From the NCBI GenBank assembly GCA_035507775.1, contig DATJNU010000042.1, positions 405 to 64,404 of the forward strand: 64,000 nucleotides of DNA. The letters run 5' to 3'. The notes under the pieces were generated by a model. The model was not told where the DNA came from. It saw only the letters and a program-made list of their open reading frames with translations, and did no database searches. The translations under genes and the position numbers were made by a program. This stretch comes from Jatrophihabitans sp. GTDB lineage: Bacteria > Actinomycetota > Actinomycetes > Mycobacteriales > Jatrophihabitantaceae. This document shows, piece by piece, positions 18,456 to 26,815 of this stretch (positions are counted from its first letter, which is position 1; every line of letters starts with the position of its first letter).

Positions 18456-18833
18456 TCAGAAGCAGAACGAGCCGGTCCAGTCCGGCACGCCGGTGTGCGT
18501 CGCCGCCACCAGGGCCAGCGGCAGGCAGCTGAGCAACCAGCCGAGCAGCAGCCGCGGCCAGCGGCGCGGAGCCACCAGGATCGCGCCGAACCAGCAGCTG
18601 CCGAGCACCAGTGCGGCGATGCCGAGCGACTGCTGGCCGTCGACCAGGTTGCGGTGGTCGGCGGCCTGGCCGCACGTCGTCGACGCGCCCCAGACGATGT
18701 AGAACGCGGCGAGGGCCGAGATGATCAGCTCGACCAGCACGGCGGCCGCCCAGGCTGCCCACGCTCCGGCTCGCCACGGTTCCGGCGCCGGCCGCGGCCG
18801 GGCCAGCGGCAGTCGTTCGGAGTGGACGGTCAT
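18456..18833 (-). CDS. small integral membrane protein
   Basis: 125 aa from ATG comp. 18831-18833 (MTVHSERLPLARP...), with 3-4 hydrophobic spans. It starts 5 nt after the stop of the upstream gene. Confidence 0.5.
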   Translation of the reverse strand: MTVHSERLPLARPRPAPEPWRAGAWAAWAAAVLVELIISALAAFYIVWGASTTCGQAADHRNLVDGQQSLGIAALVLGSCWFGAILVAPRRWPRLLLGWLLSCLPLALVAATHTGVPDWTGSFCF

Positions 18834-18838
18834 CGCGG

Positions 18839-19939
18839 TCAGCTCGGGTTCGCGGTCCGGCTGGACGCCTCTCTCGCCACGAGCTCGGCCTCGGCGACCG
18901 CGAGCAGGTCCTCGACGTACTGGCCGTCCCGGGGCTTCGAGGCGGAGGCGATGTTGCACGGCACCTTGTGCACGTGCATGGCCGCGCGCAGCCGCCGAGC
19001 CAGCGCGTCACCGTTCTGCGGCGGGCAGTCGGGCAGCAGGATGGCCAGGCCGGTGCCGTCTGCGTAGGTGCCGATCGCGTCGCACCCGGCCTGCATCATG
19101 GCCACGCTGCGCGCCGCGATCGGGTCTCCCGAGTCGAGCCGGACCACGGTGACCGTCGCGCTCGCCTCGACCACGACCCGGGCCACGTGCAGCCAGGCGT
19201 CCTGTGCCATCGGCCGCTCGGTGCGCTCCCGGGCGCGCAGCTCGGCCCTGGTGAACCAGCGCTGCAGGAAGACCGCGGCCGGCAGCGAGAGCCAGATCAG
19301 CGGCAGCCGGGCGGCCTGGACCCCGTATTCCAGCAGCGCAACTCCGAGCGTGATGAGTTCCAGATAATGCGTACGGGGGTGCAACATAACTCGGATACCG
19401 GCAAAATGTCCGGATGCACACATTGCCAGCGACACGGCGCCCACGCCGACCACCAGGTAGGCCGCGGCTGCCAGGCCGAGCGAGGCCGGCAGCGGCAGGG
19501 CCTGCCTGGCGACCCAGCTCGCGGTCGTCGCGGCCAGTACCGCGCCCGAGGCGCTGTAGACGTAGCGATAGAGCACCCGGTGGCCCGCCGCGTTGTACGA
19601 CGGCCAGTCTCCGATCGCGGCCACCAGCGCGACGGCGCCCGCCAGGGTCGGTGGCAGCATCACCGCGGCCGCGAAGCACCAGGTGGCCAGCACGTTCGGG
19701 GTCACCGTGGGGGTTCGTTCGAAGAGCAGGTACTGCCGTGCCTTCTCCCATCCGACGACCAGCAGGGAGTAGGTGACGCTCAGCGAGGCGAGCAGCAGGG
19801 CGATTCCGAAGTCGGGACGGTGCACCGGCGCCCGGAGCAGTACCGGCAGCGTGACGGCCGCCAGCTCGACCACTGCCAGGACTGCCAGCACTCGGCGCTT
19901 TTCCTGCCGCAGAGGCCAGTTTGCCGCCCTGCTCTTCAA
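18839..19939 (-). CDS. multi-pass membrane protein with degenerate GGDEF-like C-terminal domain
   Basis: The N-terminal two-thirds is hydrophobic. The C-terminal TVTVVRLDSGD...GTYADGTGLAILLPDCPPQNGDALARRLRAAM...LLAVAEAELVARE aligns by eye with the GGDEF-domain pattern (RYGGDEFAVLLP...LAERIR...ADQALYQAK), but GGDEF is replaced by ADGTG. The start is a TTG and is uncertain. Confidence 0.55.
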   Translation of the reverse strand: MKSRAANWPLRQEKRRVLAVLAVVELAAVTLPVLLRAPVHRPDFGIALLLASLSVTYSLLVVGWEKARQYLLFERTPTVTPNVLATWCFAAAVMLPPTLAGAVALVAAIGDWPSYNAAGHRVLYRYVYSASGAVLAATTASWVARQALPLPASLGLAAAAYLVVGVGAVSLAMCASGHFAGIRVMLHPRTHYLELITLGVALLEYGVQAARLPLIWLSLPAAVFLQRWFTRAELRARERTERPMAQDAWLHVARVVVEASATVTVVRLDSGDPIAARSVAMMQAGCDAIGTYADGTGLAILLPDCPPQNGDALARRLRAAMHVHKVPCNIASASKPRDGQYVEDLLAVAEAELVAREASSRTANPS

Positions 19940-20095
19940 CGCCGATCCTTTCGTTCGGTGAATCCTGACGCAGTGCAGGAACAGGAGGTGAAGACCGTGC
20001 GCAACTACGTGTGGAACTGAAGGCGATCTGACCTGCTAAGGGACAGACAGTACATAACTGGCGGCTTGTTGTCATCAATCGTCAGTCATCGAGAA

Positions 20096-20125
20096 GTGGC
20101 CGGCTGGATCGCTCCAGTCGGCCAC
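20096..20125 (+). other. strong stem-loop (terminator/attenuator-like) in a divergent intergenic region
   Basis: GTGGCCGGCTGGA-TCGC-TCCAGTCGGCCAC forms a 13-bp stem (one G-U) with a 4-nt loop, followed by TTTCG. Confidence 0.4.
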
Positions 20126-20193
20126 TTTCGCTGTCCGGAGCACCGGGCAGCGACGTCCGTCCGGATGATCGGTTGGTCGGACGGGCGGACGAT

Positions 20194-20220
20194 GTGATCA
20201 CTAGGAATTACCAGTAATTC
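20194..20220. promoter_or_regulatory. two adjacent perfect palindromes (candidate operator)
   Basis: GTGATCAC (20194-20201) and the AT-rich GAATTAC-ca-GTAATTC (20205-20220) lie about 113 nt upstream of the GTG start at 20333. Confidence 0.4.
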
Positions 20221-20332
20221 GGCGAGTTCGCCACCGGAGCGGCGCAGATCGTTGCGGGTCTGGACGAATTGCCCTGGTGGGCGGCCGGCGCCGGCGCAGG
20301 GTGGTGTCGCGACCCGCGGCTAGAGTCGGGAC

Positions 20333-21481
20333 GTGCCCGCCGCCGCGCCTCCCGCCGGCATCGTCCGGTATGCCGAGGCTGCCCTGTCCGACCTGATGCC
20401 CTCCGCCCTCAGCGCGCTGGGGGTGCCCGGCGAGCGCAATCCGCTGCGGCTGCCGGCGGCCGAGTGCGTCGTGGTGCTGCTGGTCGACGGCCTCGGCTGG
20501 AACCTGCTGCGCGAGCACGAGTCCGCCGCGCCGTTCCTGGCCGGGCTGCCGGGCCGCGCGCTGACCGCCGGCTTCCCGACGACGACGGCGAGCAGCCTGG
20601 CCTCGCTGGGCACCGGCCTGCCGTCCGGCGAGCACGGCATCACCGGCTACACCTCGCTCGTCGCCGGCCTCCGGGAGCCGGTCAACTGGCTGCGCTGGCA
20701 GGCCGAGGGCGGTGCCGACCTGCTCGACCGGCTGGTGCCCGAGCGGCTGCAGTCCCGGCCGACCGCCTTCGAACGCGGCGCCGGCGCCGGCCTGGCGGTG
20801 TCGGTGGTGTCCTCGCGTGACTTCCAGGGCAGCGGTCTGACCCGGGCGGTGCTGCGCGGCGGGACGTACCGGCCGGTCGTCACGGCGGCCGACCTCGCCA
20901 GCACGGTGGCCGAGGCCGCCCGGGCCGACCGGCCGAGCCTGGTCTACTGCTACCTCGGCGAGCTGGACCTGATCGGCCACGGCTACGGGTGCCGGTCGCA
21001 GGCGTGGCGGGTGCAGCTGGCCCTGATCGACCGGGCGGTCGAGCTGCTCGCCGAGCGGTTGCCGGCCGGCGCCCGGCTGGTGGTCACCGCCGACCACGGC
21101 ATGGTGGACGTTCCGGTGGCGGCCAGGCACGACTACGACGCCGAGCCGGCGCTGTCCGAGGGGGTGCGGGCGTTGGCCGGCGAGGCCCGGGTGCGCTACG
21201 TGCACGTCGAACCCGGCCGGCTCGAGGAGGTCCGGTGCCGCTGGCAGGAGCGGCTGGGGGACCGGTTCGCGGTGCTGGACCGGGACGAGGCCGTCGCCCG
21301 GGGCTGGTACGGGCCATCGGTGGCACCGGCCGCCTACGACCGGATCGGTGACCTGGTGGTGCTCGCGCTCGCCGAGGGCGCGGTGGTGCGGAGCCGGGCC
21401 GAGCCCCGGCTCTCGGCCCTCATCGGCCAGCACGGCGCGCTGACCGGGGACGAGCTGCTGGTGCCACTGCTGCTGCGCTGA
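20333..21481 (+). CDS. alkaline phosphatase superfamily protein (nucleotide pyrophosphatase/phosphodiesterase type)
   Basis: VVVLLVDGLGWNLL...GFPTTTASSLASLGTG...GHGYG...VVTADHGM. Confidence 0.85.
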   Translation: MPAAAPPAGIVRYAEAALSDLMPSALSALGVPGERNPLRLPAAECVVVLLVDGLGWNLLREHESAAPFLAGLPGRALTAGFPTTTASSLASLGTGLPSGEHGITGYTSLVAGLREPVNWLRWQAEGGADLLDRLVPERLQSRPTAFERGAGAGLAVSVVSSRDFQGSGLTRAVLRGGTYRPVVTAADLASTVAEAARADRPSLVYCYLGELDLIGHGYGCRSQAWRVQLALIDRAVELLAERLPAGARLVVTADHGMVDVPVAARHDYDAEPALSEGVRALAGEARVRYVHVEPGRLEEVRCRWQERLGDRFAVLDRDEAVARGWYGPSVAPAAYDRIGDLVVLALAEGAVVRSRAEPRLSALIGQHGALTGDELLVPLLLR

Positions 21482-21572
21482 CCGCAGGCGGGGACGCCCC
21501 GCCCCGGGGCAGGCAGCGCTCCGGAGCCAGGGGTGGCCCGGGGCCCGCAGGTTCGACCGGAGGGAGTCGCGG

Positions 21573-24500
21573 GTGACCGAGGCCGACGAGGAGTTCGTCG
21601 CCAGGATCGGGTTGTTCGGCGAGCCGGTGGCCGATCCGGCTGCCGTCGTGCAGCGCGGCCCGGCCCGGTTCACCGTCCTCACCGATCGACTGCTGCGGCT
21701 GGAGTGGTCCGAGCACGGCCGGTTCGAGGACCGTTCCTCCTACGCCTTCCCGACCCGGCGCGGGCCGGTGCCGGACTACCGGCTGGACGAGCGGGACGGC
21801 ACCCTGCTGCTGGACACCGGGGCGCTCCGGCTGCGCCACCGGGTGGACGGGCTGCCGTTCCATCCCGGCAACCTGCAGATCGAGCTGACCGGGATGCCGG
21901 CGGCCCGGTGGGTGCCGGGGCTGCGGGACCGGCGCAACCTCGGCGGCGCCCGGCGCACCGTGGACACCTGCCGCGGCGACGCCCGGCTGGAGCCGGGCCT
22001 GGTGTCGCGCTCGGGCTGGGCGGTGCACGACGACGCCGGTTCGATCCTGTTCGAGGACGGCTGGGTGTCCGGCCGGAGCCGCGAGCCGGGCGCGCTGGAC
22101 TGGTACTTCTTCGGGCACGGCCACGACTATCCCGCCGCGGTCCGCGACTACACGGCGTTCGGCGGTGGGGTGCCGGTGATCCCGCGCTGGATGCTCGGGG
22201 CCTGGTGGTCGCGCTACTGGCCGTACCGGGACGGCGAGCTGCGCGAGCTGGTCGAGGAGTTCCGGCGCCGGCGGCTGCCGCTGGACGTGGTGGTGATCGA
22301 CATGGACTGGCACCTGCCCGACAGCTGGACCGGCTACACCTGGAACCGGGAGCTCTTCCCCGATCCGGCCGGCTTCCTGGCCTGGCTGCACGAGCGCAGG
22401 CTGCACAGCACACTGAACCTGCACCCCGCGCTCGGCGTGCAGCCGTTCGAGGAGGGATACGCCGCCTTCGCCGAGGCGGTGGCGCACGATTCCGCCGGGG
22501 CGGTGCCGTTCCGGGTGACCGACCCGGCCTTCGTCCGGCACTACTTCGAGCTGCTGCACCATCCGCTGGAGGACGACGGCGTCGACTTCTGGTGGCTGGA
22601 CTGGCAGCAGGGCCGCAGCTTCGACGGGGCCGGCATCGACCCGCTGCCGTGGCTGAACCACCTGCACTTCACCGACCTGGGCCGGCGGCCCGACCGGCGC
22701 CCGGTCACCTTCAGCCGGTGGGGCGGCCTGGGCAGCCATCGCTACCCGATCGGCTTCTCCGGCGACTCCTTCGCGCAGTGGTCGGCGCTGCGGTTCCAGC
22801 CCCGCTACACCGCGGCCGGCGCCAATGTCGGCTACGGCTGGTGGAGCCACGACATCGGTGGCCACGTCGGCCCGGACGACCCCGAGCTGTACGTCCGGTG
22901 GGTGCAGTTCGGCGCGGTCAGCCCGATCCTGCGGCTGCACAGCAACCAGGAGCCGGAGTCCGAGCGGCGACCGTGGATATTCGGCGACGAGGTACTGGCG
23001 GCGGCGCGGGCGGCGTTCGAGCTGCGGTACGCGCTGGTGCCCTACCTCCACACCGCCGCTCGGGAGGCGGCCGACTCGGGACGCGCGCCGGTCCGGCCAC
23101 TCAGCTGGCTGGCACCGGCCGACGACAACGCCTACGCCGCCCGGTACGAGTACCTGCTGGGCGACGACCTGGTGGTCGCCCCGGCCGTGCATCCGGCCGA
23201 CCCGGCGACGGGCCTGGCCACGGTGGACGTCTGGCTGCCCCCGGGCGAGTGGGTCGAGCGGCACACGCTGGAGCTGGTCACCGGCCCGCGCTGGGTGCGC
23301 CAGCTGGCCGACCTGCACCGGCTGCCGCTGTTCGTCCGGCGGGGCGCGGTGCTGCCGCTGGCGGCGCCGGCCCTCAGCACCGCGGACCAGCCGGACGACC
23401 ACCTCATCCTCGAGGTGGTCCCGGGCGCGGCCGGTGCCGGCCGGCACTACCTGGACGACGGTGCCGGCTCGGCGCACCGGTCCGGCCAGCAGGGCTGGAC
23501 GTCGTTCGAGGCCCAGGCCCCGGACGAGCGCAGCTGCCTGCTGACGATCCGGCCGGGCGCGGGCGTCGGGAGCCGCCGGTACACCGTGCGGCTGCTGGGC
23601 ACCACCGCCCCGGCCGAGGTGCGGTTGAACGGGGCGCCGCACGCCGACTGGCGGCAGGACGGCGAGGTGACGGTGGTCGAGCTGCCGGCGCTGGCCGGGC
23701 CGTCCGTCGAGCTGCTCGTCCGCGCCGAGCGGGCGCTGTCGGTGCTAGGGGAGCGGCGCAATCGCCAGGTGCGCCGGGCTGATCTGCTGCGGCTGCTGGG
23801 AAATCTCGGCGATGACCCGGCGACTGCGGTGTTGGCGCTGCCGGCCGAACACCCGGCCCGCGGTGCGGCCGTCGGGCGGCTCGGCGGACCCGCCATCCGG
23901 GTGGACGAGCACACCGCGCCGGACGAGGCGGCGGACACGCTCGGCCGGCTGGTGATCGGCGTCGCGCCGGACGAGCGGGTCACCGCGCGCTGCACCTGGA
24001 CCCTGCACCGCGGTGGCCGCACCACCGTCGTCGACCGGGAACCGGTGCCGGTGGCTGCCGGTGGCGAGGTCTTCGACGCGCCGTTCCGGTGGGACGACAC
24101 GCTGGCGCCGGCCCGCTGGACGGTCGAGGTGACAGCGATCTGGCACGCCGCGCACGGCGATGTCGTGCTGCGGCACCGGCACGAGAGCGCGGTGCTCAAC
24201 CCGTCGCTGGCCGCCTGGTCGGTGGCGATCACCGAGCTGGGCGCGGCGGAGCCGGCTGGGTCGGGCTGGGTCTGCCACCGGGCGGAGCCGTCCGATCCCG
24301 ACTTCGGCGAGCTGACCGGGCGCTACCTGCTGCCGGTGCGGCGCGACCCGCGTGCGGTGCCGGATCGGGCCGTCACCGTGCATGCGCGGACCCGCCTGCG
24401 CGCGGCGTCGGAGCGGACGGTCGCGTTCCGCTACCTCGCCAGCGACGAGGTCGAGGTGCTGCTCGACGGCGTGCCGATCAGGCCCGAGGTCACCGGCAAC

Positions 24501-24764
24501 GGGCCAGCCCGGTTCTACCAGCTGGCTCCGGCGCTCCGGCGCACCGCGGCGGTGCGGTTGACGGCCGGGGAGCACGAGCTGGTCGTCCGGTGCGCCAAGG
24601 CCGCGGAACTCCCGTGGTCGCAGTGGTGCCTGGCGGTCGAGGCAGTCGGAACGGACGGCGAGGTCCTGCTCGACCTGGGTTGTGACTGCGCCGAAAACCT
24701 CGATACGGGCGATGTCACCGGTGAGCACGGTACCGCTGGGGACGGTGCCGCTGGGCTGGTGTGA
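21573..24764 (+). CDS. glycoside hydrolase family 31 protein with ~400-aa C-terminal extension
   Basis: 1063 aa from GTG 21573. The GH31 core contains LDVVVIDMDW, VDFWWLDWQQG, YPIGFSGD and WWSHDIGGH. Residues from about 650 onward have no motif I recognise. Confidence 0.9.
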   Translation: MTEADEEFVARIGLFGEPVADPAAVVQRGPARFTVLTDRLLRLEWSEHGRFEDRSSYAFPTRRGPVPDYRLDERDGTLLLDTGALRLRHRVDGLPFHPGNLQIELTGMPAARWVPGLRDRRNLGGARRTVDTCRGDARLEPGLVSRSGWAVHDDAGSILFEDGWVSGRSREPGALDWYFFGHGHDYPAAVRDYTAFGGGVPVIPRWMLGAWWSRYWPYRDGELRELVEEFRRRRLPLDVVVIDMDWHLPDSWTGYTWNRELFPDPAGFLAWLHERRLHSTLNLHPALGVQPFEEGYAAFAEAVAHDSAGAVPFRVTDPAFVRHYFELLHHPLEDDGVDFWWLDWQQGRSFDGAGIDPLPWLNHLHFTDLGRRPDRRPVTFSRWGGLGSHRYPIGFSGDSFAQWSALRFQPRYTAAGANVGYGWWSHDIGGHVGPDDPELYVRWVQFGAVSPILRLHSNQEPESERRPWIFGDEVLAAARAAFELRYALVPYLHTAAREAADSGRAPVRPLSWLAPADDNAYAARYEYLLGDDLVVAPAVHPADPATGLATVDVWLPPGEWVERHTLELVTGPRWVRQLADLHRLPLFVRRGAVLPLAAPALSTADQPDDHLILEVVPGAAGAGRHYLDDGAGSAHRSGQQGWTSFEAQAPDERSCLLTIRPGAGVGSRRYTVRLLGTTAPAEVRLNGAPHADWRQDGEVTVVELPALAGPSVELLVRAERALSVLGERRNRQVRRADLLRLLGNLGDDPATAVLALPAEHPARGAAVGRLGGPAIRVDEHTAPDEAADTLGRLVIGVAPDERVTARCTWTLHRGGRTTVVDREPVPVAAGGEVFDAPFRWDDTLAPARWTVEVTAIWHAAHGDVVLRHRHESAVLNPSLAAWSVAITELGAAEPAGSGWVCHRAEPSDPDFGELTGRYLLPVRRDPRAVPDRAVTVHARTRLRAASERTVAFRYLASDEVEVLLDGVPIRPEVTGNGPARFYQLAPALRRTAAVRLTAGEHELVVRCAKAAELPWSQWCLAVEAVGTDGEVLLDLGCDCAENLDTGDVTGEHGTAGDGAAGLV

Positions 24765-24975
24765 GGGGACTGGGCAGCGGCTGGCAGCTATGCCGCCTTC
24801 GTCGGTGAAGCGACCTCTCGCCTGATGTCTGCCACCATCGAATACCCCTGTTTCGCAACGGTATCTGGTCTCGACGAGCAGCAGGCGGCACCATGACCTG
24901 ACGGCTGGTTTCGCTCGGAGCCGGCCGACGAGCCGCGGGCTGCCGGCTCGTGGCGAGGACGGGGAGGAGCGACAG

Positions 24976-25227
24976 ATGCCGCTGTTCATGGATGTGCACA
25001 ACCTTGACGGGCCGGTCGCCGCTGCCGAGGTGGCGAAGGCGCATGCGGCCGATCTGGAGACCCAGGAAGGTCACGACGTGCAGTACCTGCGGTACTGGGT
25101 CGACGAGGGGCAGGGCAAGATCTTCTGCCTGGTGGACGCTCCGACGGCCGATGCCGCTGCGATCGTGCACCGGCAGGCGCATGGCCTGGTGGCGGACGAG
25201 ATCTACCAGGTTTCCGAAGGGGATTGA
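24976..25227 (+). CDS. DUF4242-like small protein (SCO4226-type ferredoxin-like fold)
   Basis: 83 aa: MPLFMDVHNLDGPVAAAEVAKAHAADLETQEGHDVQYLRYWVDEGQGKIFCLVDAP. GGGGAGGAG lies upstream. Confidence 0.75.
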   Translation: MPLFMDVHNLDGPVAAAEVAKAHAADLETQEGHDVQYLRYWVDEGQGKIFCLVDAPTADAAAIVHRQAHGLVADEIYQVSEGD

Positions 25228-25262
25228 CGCCTCCCACCGGCATGACCGGATCGGTCGCTGAG

Positions 25263-25292
25263 CTGTCGCGGCAGGGCTCCCTGCCGCGGCAG
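25263..25292 (+). terminator. hairpin downstream of the DUF4242-like gene
   Basis: CTGTCGCGGCAGGG-ct-CCCTGCCGCGGCAG forms a stem of about 13 bp (one G-U), 36 nt after the stop at 25227. There is no U-tract. Confidence 0.55.
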
Positions 25293-25662
25293 CCTGCCGG
25301 CCCGGCGGCCGGTTCGGGCCGCTCGGCTCGGGGCTCGGCAGCCGGGACGCGGGCCCGGTGGTTCCCGCCTCTGCGGTTCTGGCCCTGGCGTATCCGATGC
25401 GACGCCCGCGGCCGGTCTCGGCATCTGCCGTGTCGCCATGACGTGCTGCTGCCCACGCCTGCACCGCCCTGGCAACCGGTCCACGGGCTTGCCCGGTATC
25501 GATCTCGCATCGCCGGAAGGCTTCCGGCTCCGATGTCGTTCTGCCTTCATTACCAGTGCTGATCGGCGACGGCGCCGATCAGCGACAGTGATGTTCGGCG
25601 ACCCCGTCGCCCGGCAGCACCGTGCCAGGCGCCCGGTGCGCCCATCGCGCGGGCACGCCGCG

Positions 25663-25983
25663 ATGTCGACTTGGGAGTGGCAGATGTACGCACACCTTAC
25701 CGGCGAGCTCGCTCGCTGGCGGCAGGCAGATCTCCTGCGCCGGGCCCGGTTGCAGCGGCTGGCCGACGAGGCCCGGTGCGCCGCGACCTCGTGGCCGGTG
25801 CCAGCGACCGCAGGTCTAGAGCGCCCGGGTCTGTTGGCGTCGGGCCGCCGGCTGCGGCTTGCCGTGCCTTCGCGGCCGGCATCCTGGACGGCAGCCCCGA
25901 GCCGGCAGGGCGAGGGCGACCGCAGGCGGCGTCGCCGGATCGGCGGCGCGGTCGAGGCTTCCTGCGCGACCTGCCCCTGCTGA
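25663..25983 (+). CDS. hypothetical protein (weak call)
   Basis: ATG 25663 in the frame of track ORF 25438..25983: MSTWEWQMYAHLTGELARWRQADLLRRARLQRLADEA.... Third-position G+C is moderate and I recognise no motif. Confidence 0.3.
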   Translation: MSTWEWQMYAHLTGELARWRQADLLRRARLQRLADEARCAATSWPVPATAGLERPGLLASGRRLRLAVPSRPASWTAAPSRQGEGDRRRRRRIGGAVEASCATCPC

Positions 25984-26033
25984 TCCCGCGCCCGGCGAGC
26001 GGGAGCGCAAGGCCCTGGTGCTGCGGTCGCGCG

Positions 26034-26354
26034 TCAGGAAGTGCGGGCGGTGTGGGCGCCCGGCGCGGTCTGCCCGACCACGCTGAACCACTGCACCCGC
26101 GAGGGTGCCGGCACGCCGGCCTCGCTGAGCGCGTGGCCGAGCCGGGAGTTCATGAACTCCAGCTGGCTCTGCTGCGAGTCCCACACCTCGAAGACGACCA
26201 GGCTGCCGTCCGGTGACGTGGCGCCGGTGTGGTCGAGCAGGCCCCGTGGCCAGTCACCGGCTCCGGTGCGGGCGTCGATCCCGAGAAGTGTGTTGACTGC
26301 CTGGTACTGCTGCTCGGTGACACCGGTGAATTCGAGCATGAGCGCATCCGACAT
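26034..26354 (-). CDS. small hypothetical protein, possibly dimeric alpha/beta-barrel (ABM-like)
   Basis: 106 aa: MSDALMLEFTGVTEQQYQAVN...GSLVVFEVWDSQQSQLEFMNSRLGHAL. Codon bias is good. Confidence 0.5.
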   Translation of the reverse strand: MSDALMLEFTGVTEQQYQAVNTLLGIDARTGAGDWPRGLLDHTGATSPDGSLVVFEVWDSQQSQLEFMNSRLGHALSEAGVPAPSRVQWFSVVGQTAPGAHTARTS

Positions 26355-26608
26355 CTCGTCCTCCCCGCAGTGGGTGAATCCCTAGTGGACGAAGCCGCAG
26401 CGGTGGCGGCGATGGCGCCCCAACCTAACGCCGAACGATGATCAGCTACAAGAGTTGCCCATGATCGATTGGGAAATCTCGATCGACCCGAGAGGCGACC
26501 GTGCCTGCCACAACCACGTGACCGAACCGAATCGCCCCCGACCTGATCGAAGCTTGCATTCGACCTGACCGAACCGAAACAGACCGGCTCGAACAGCGCT
26601 CGACCGGG

Positions 26609-26815
26609 CTGGCCGGCCGAGCCAAAATTCGTCCGGCCGAGCCGAGCCGCATCGGACCCGTCCGGCCGAGCCAAAATTCGTCCGGCCGAGCCGAGCCGCA
26701 TCGGACCCGTCCGGCCGAGCCGGACCGAACCCGTCCGGCCGAGCCAAAATTCGTCCGGTCGAGCCGAGCCGCATCGGACCTGTCCGGCCGAACCGACCGA
26801 ACCCGTCTGACCGAG
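26609..26815. repeat. complex tandem repeat array (13-mer GTCCGGCCGAGCC iterated about 8 times; 49-nt higher-order unit)
   Basis: Exact 13-mers start at 26630, 26659, 26679, 26708 and 26732, with variants at about 26610, 26752 and 26781 (spacing 20/29/20/29/24/20/29). Spacers alternate between AAAATTC and GAGCCGCATCGGACCC. Degenerate GACCGAACCGAA copies extend back to about 26520. Confidence 0.85.

Noticed and set aside
21420-23782. 740-aa minus-strand and 749-aa plus-strand ORFs overlapping the GH31 gene
   Set aside because: The frame 21573..24764 carries the GH31 catalytic motifs. The other two frames are arginine/proline-rich artefacts.
25224-25562. 112-aa plus-strand ORF, and overlapping minus-strand ORFs (24715..25464, 24986..25510, 25203..25550)
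   Set aside because: All are R/P/G-rich with no motifs and are mutually overlapping. None shows a convincing SD or start context.
26442-26774. Minus-strand ORFs starting MRLGS(A/T)GRILARPDG within the repeat array
   Set aside because: Each repeat unit happens to carry an ATG. The ORFs exist in several frames, consist of the repeat translation only, and have no SD or domain, so they are most likely non-coding.
26609-26815. Possible CRISPR array
   Set aside because: The repeat core is only 13 nt and the spacers are 7-16 nt and themselves repeated. There are no cas genes and no unique spacers. It is a tandem or minisatellite-type repeat, not a CRISPR.
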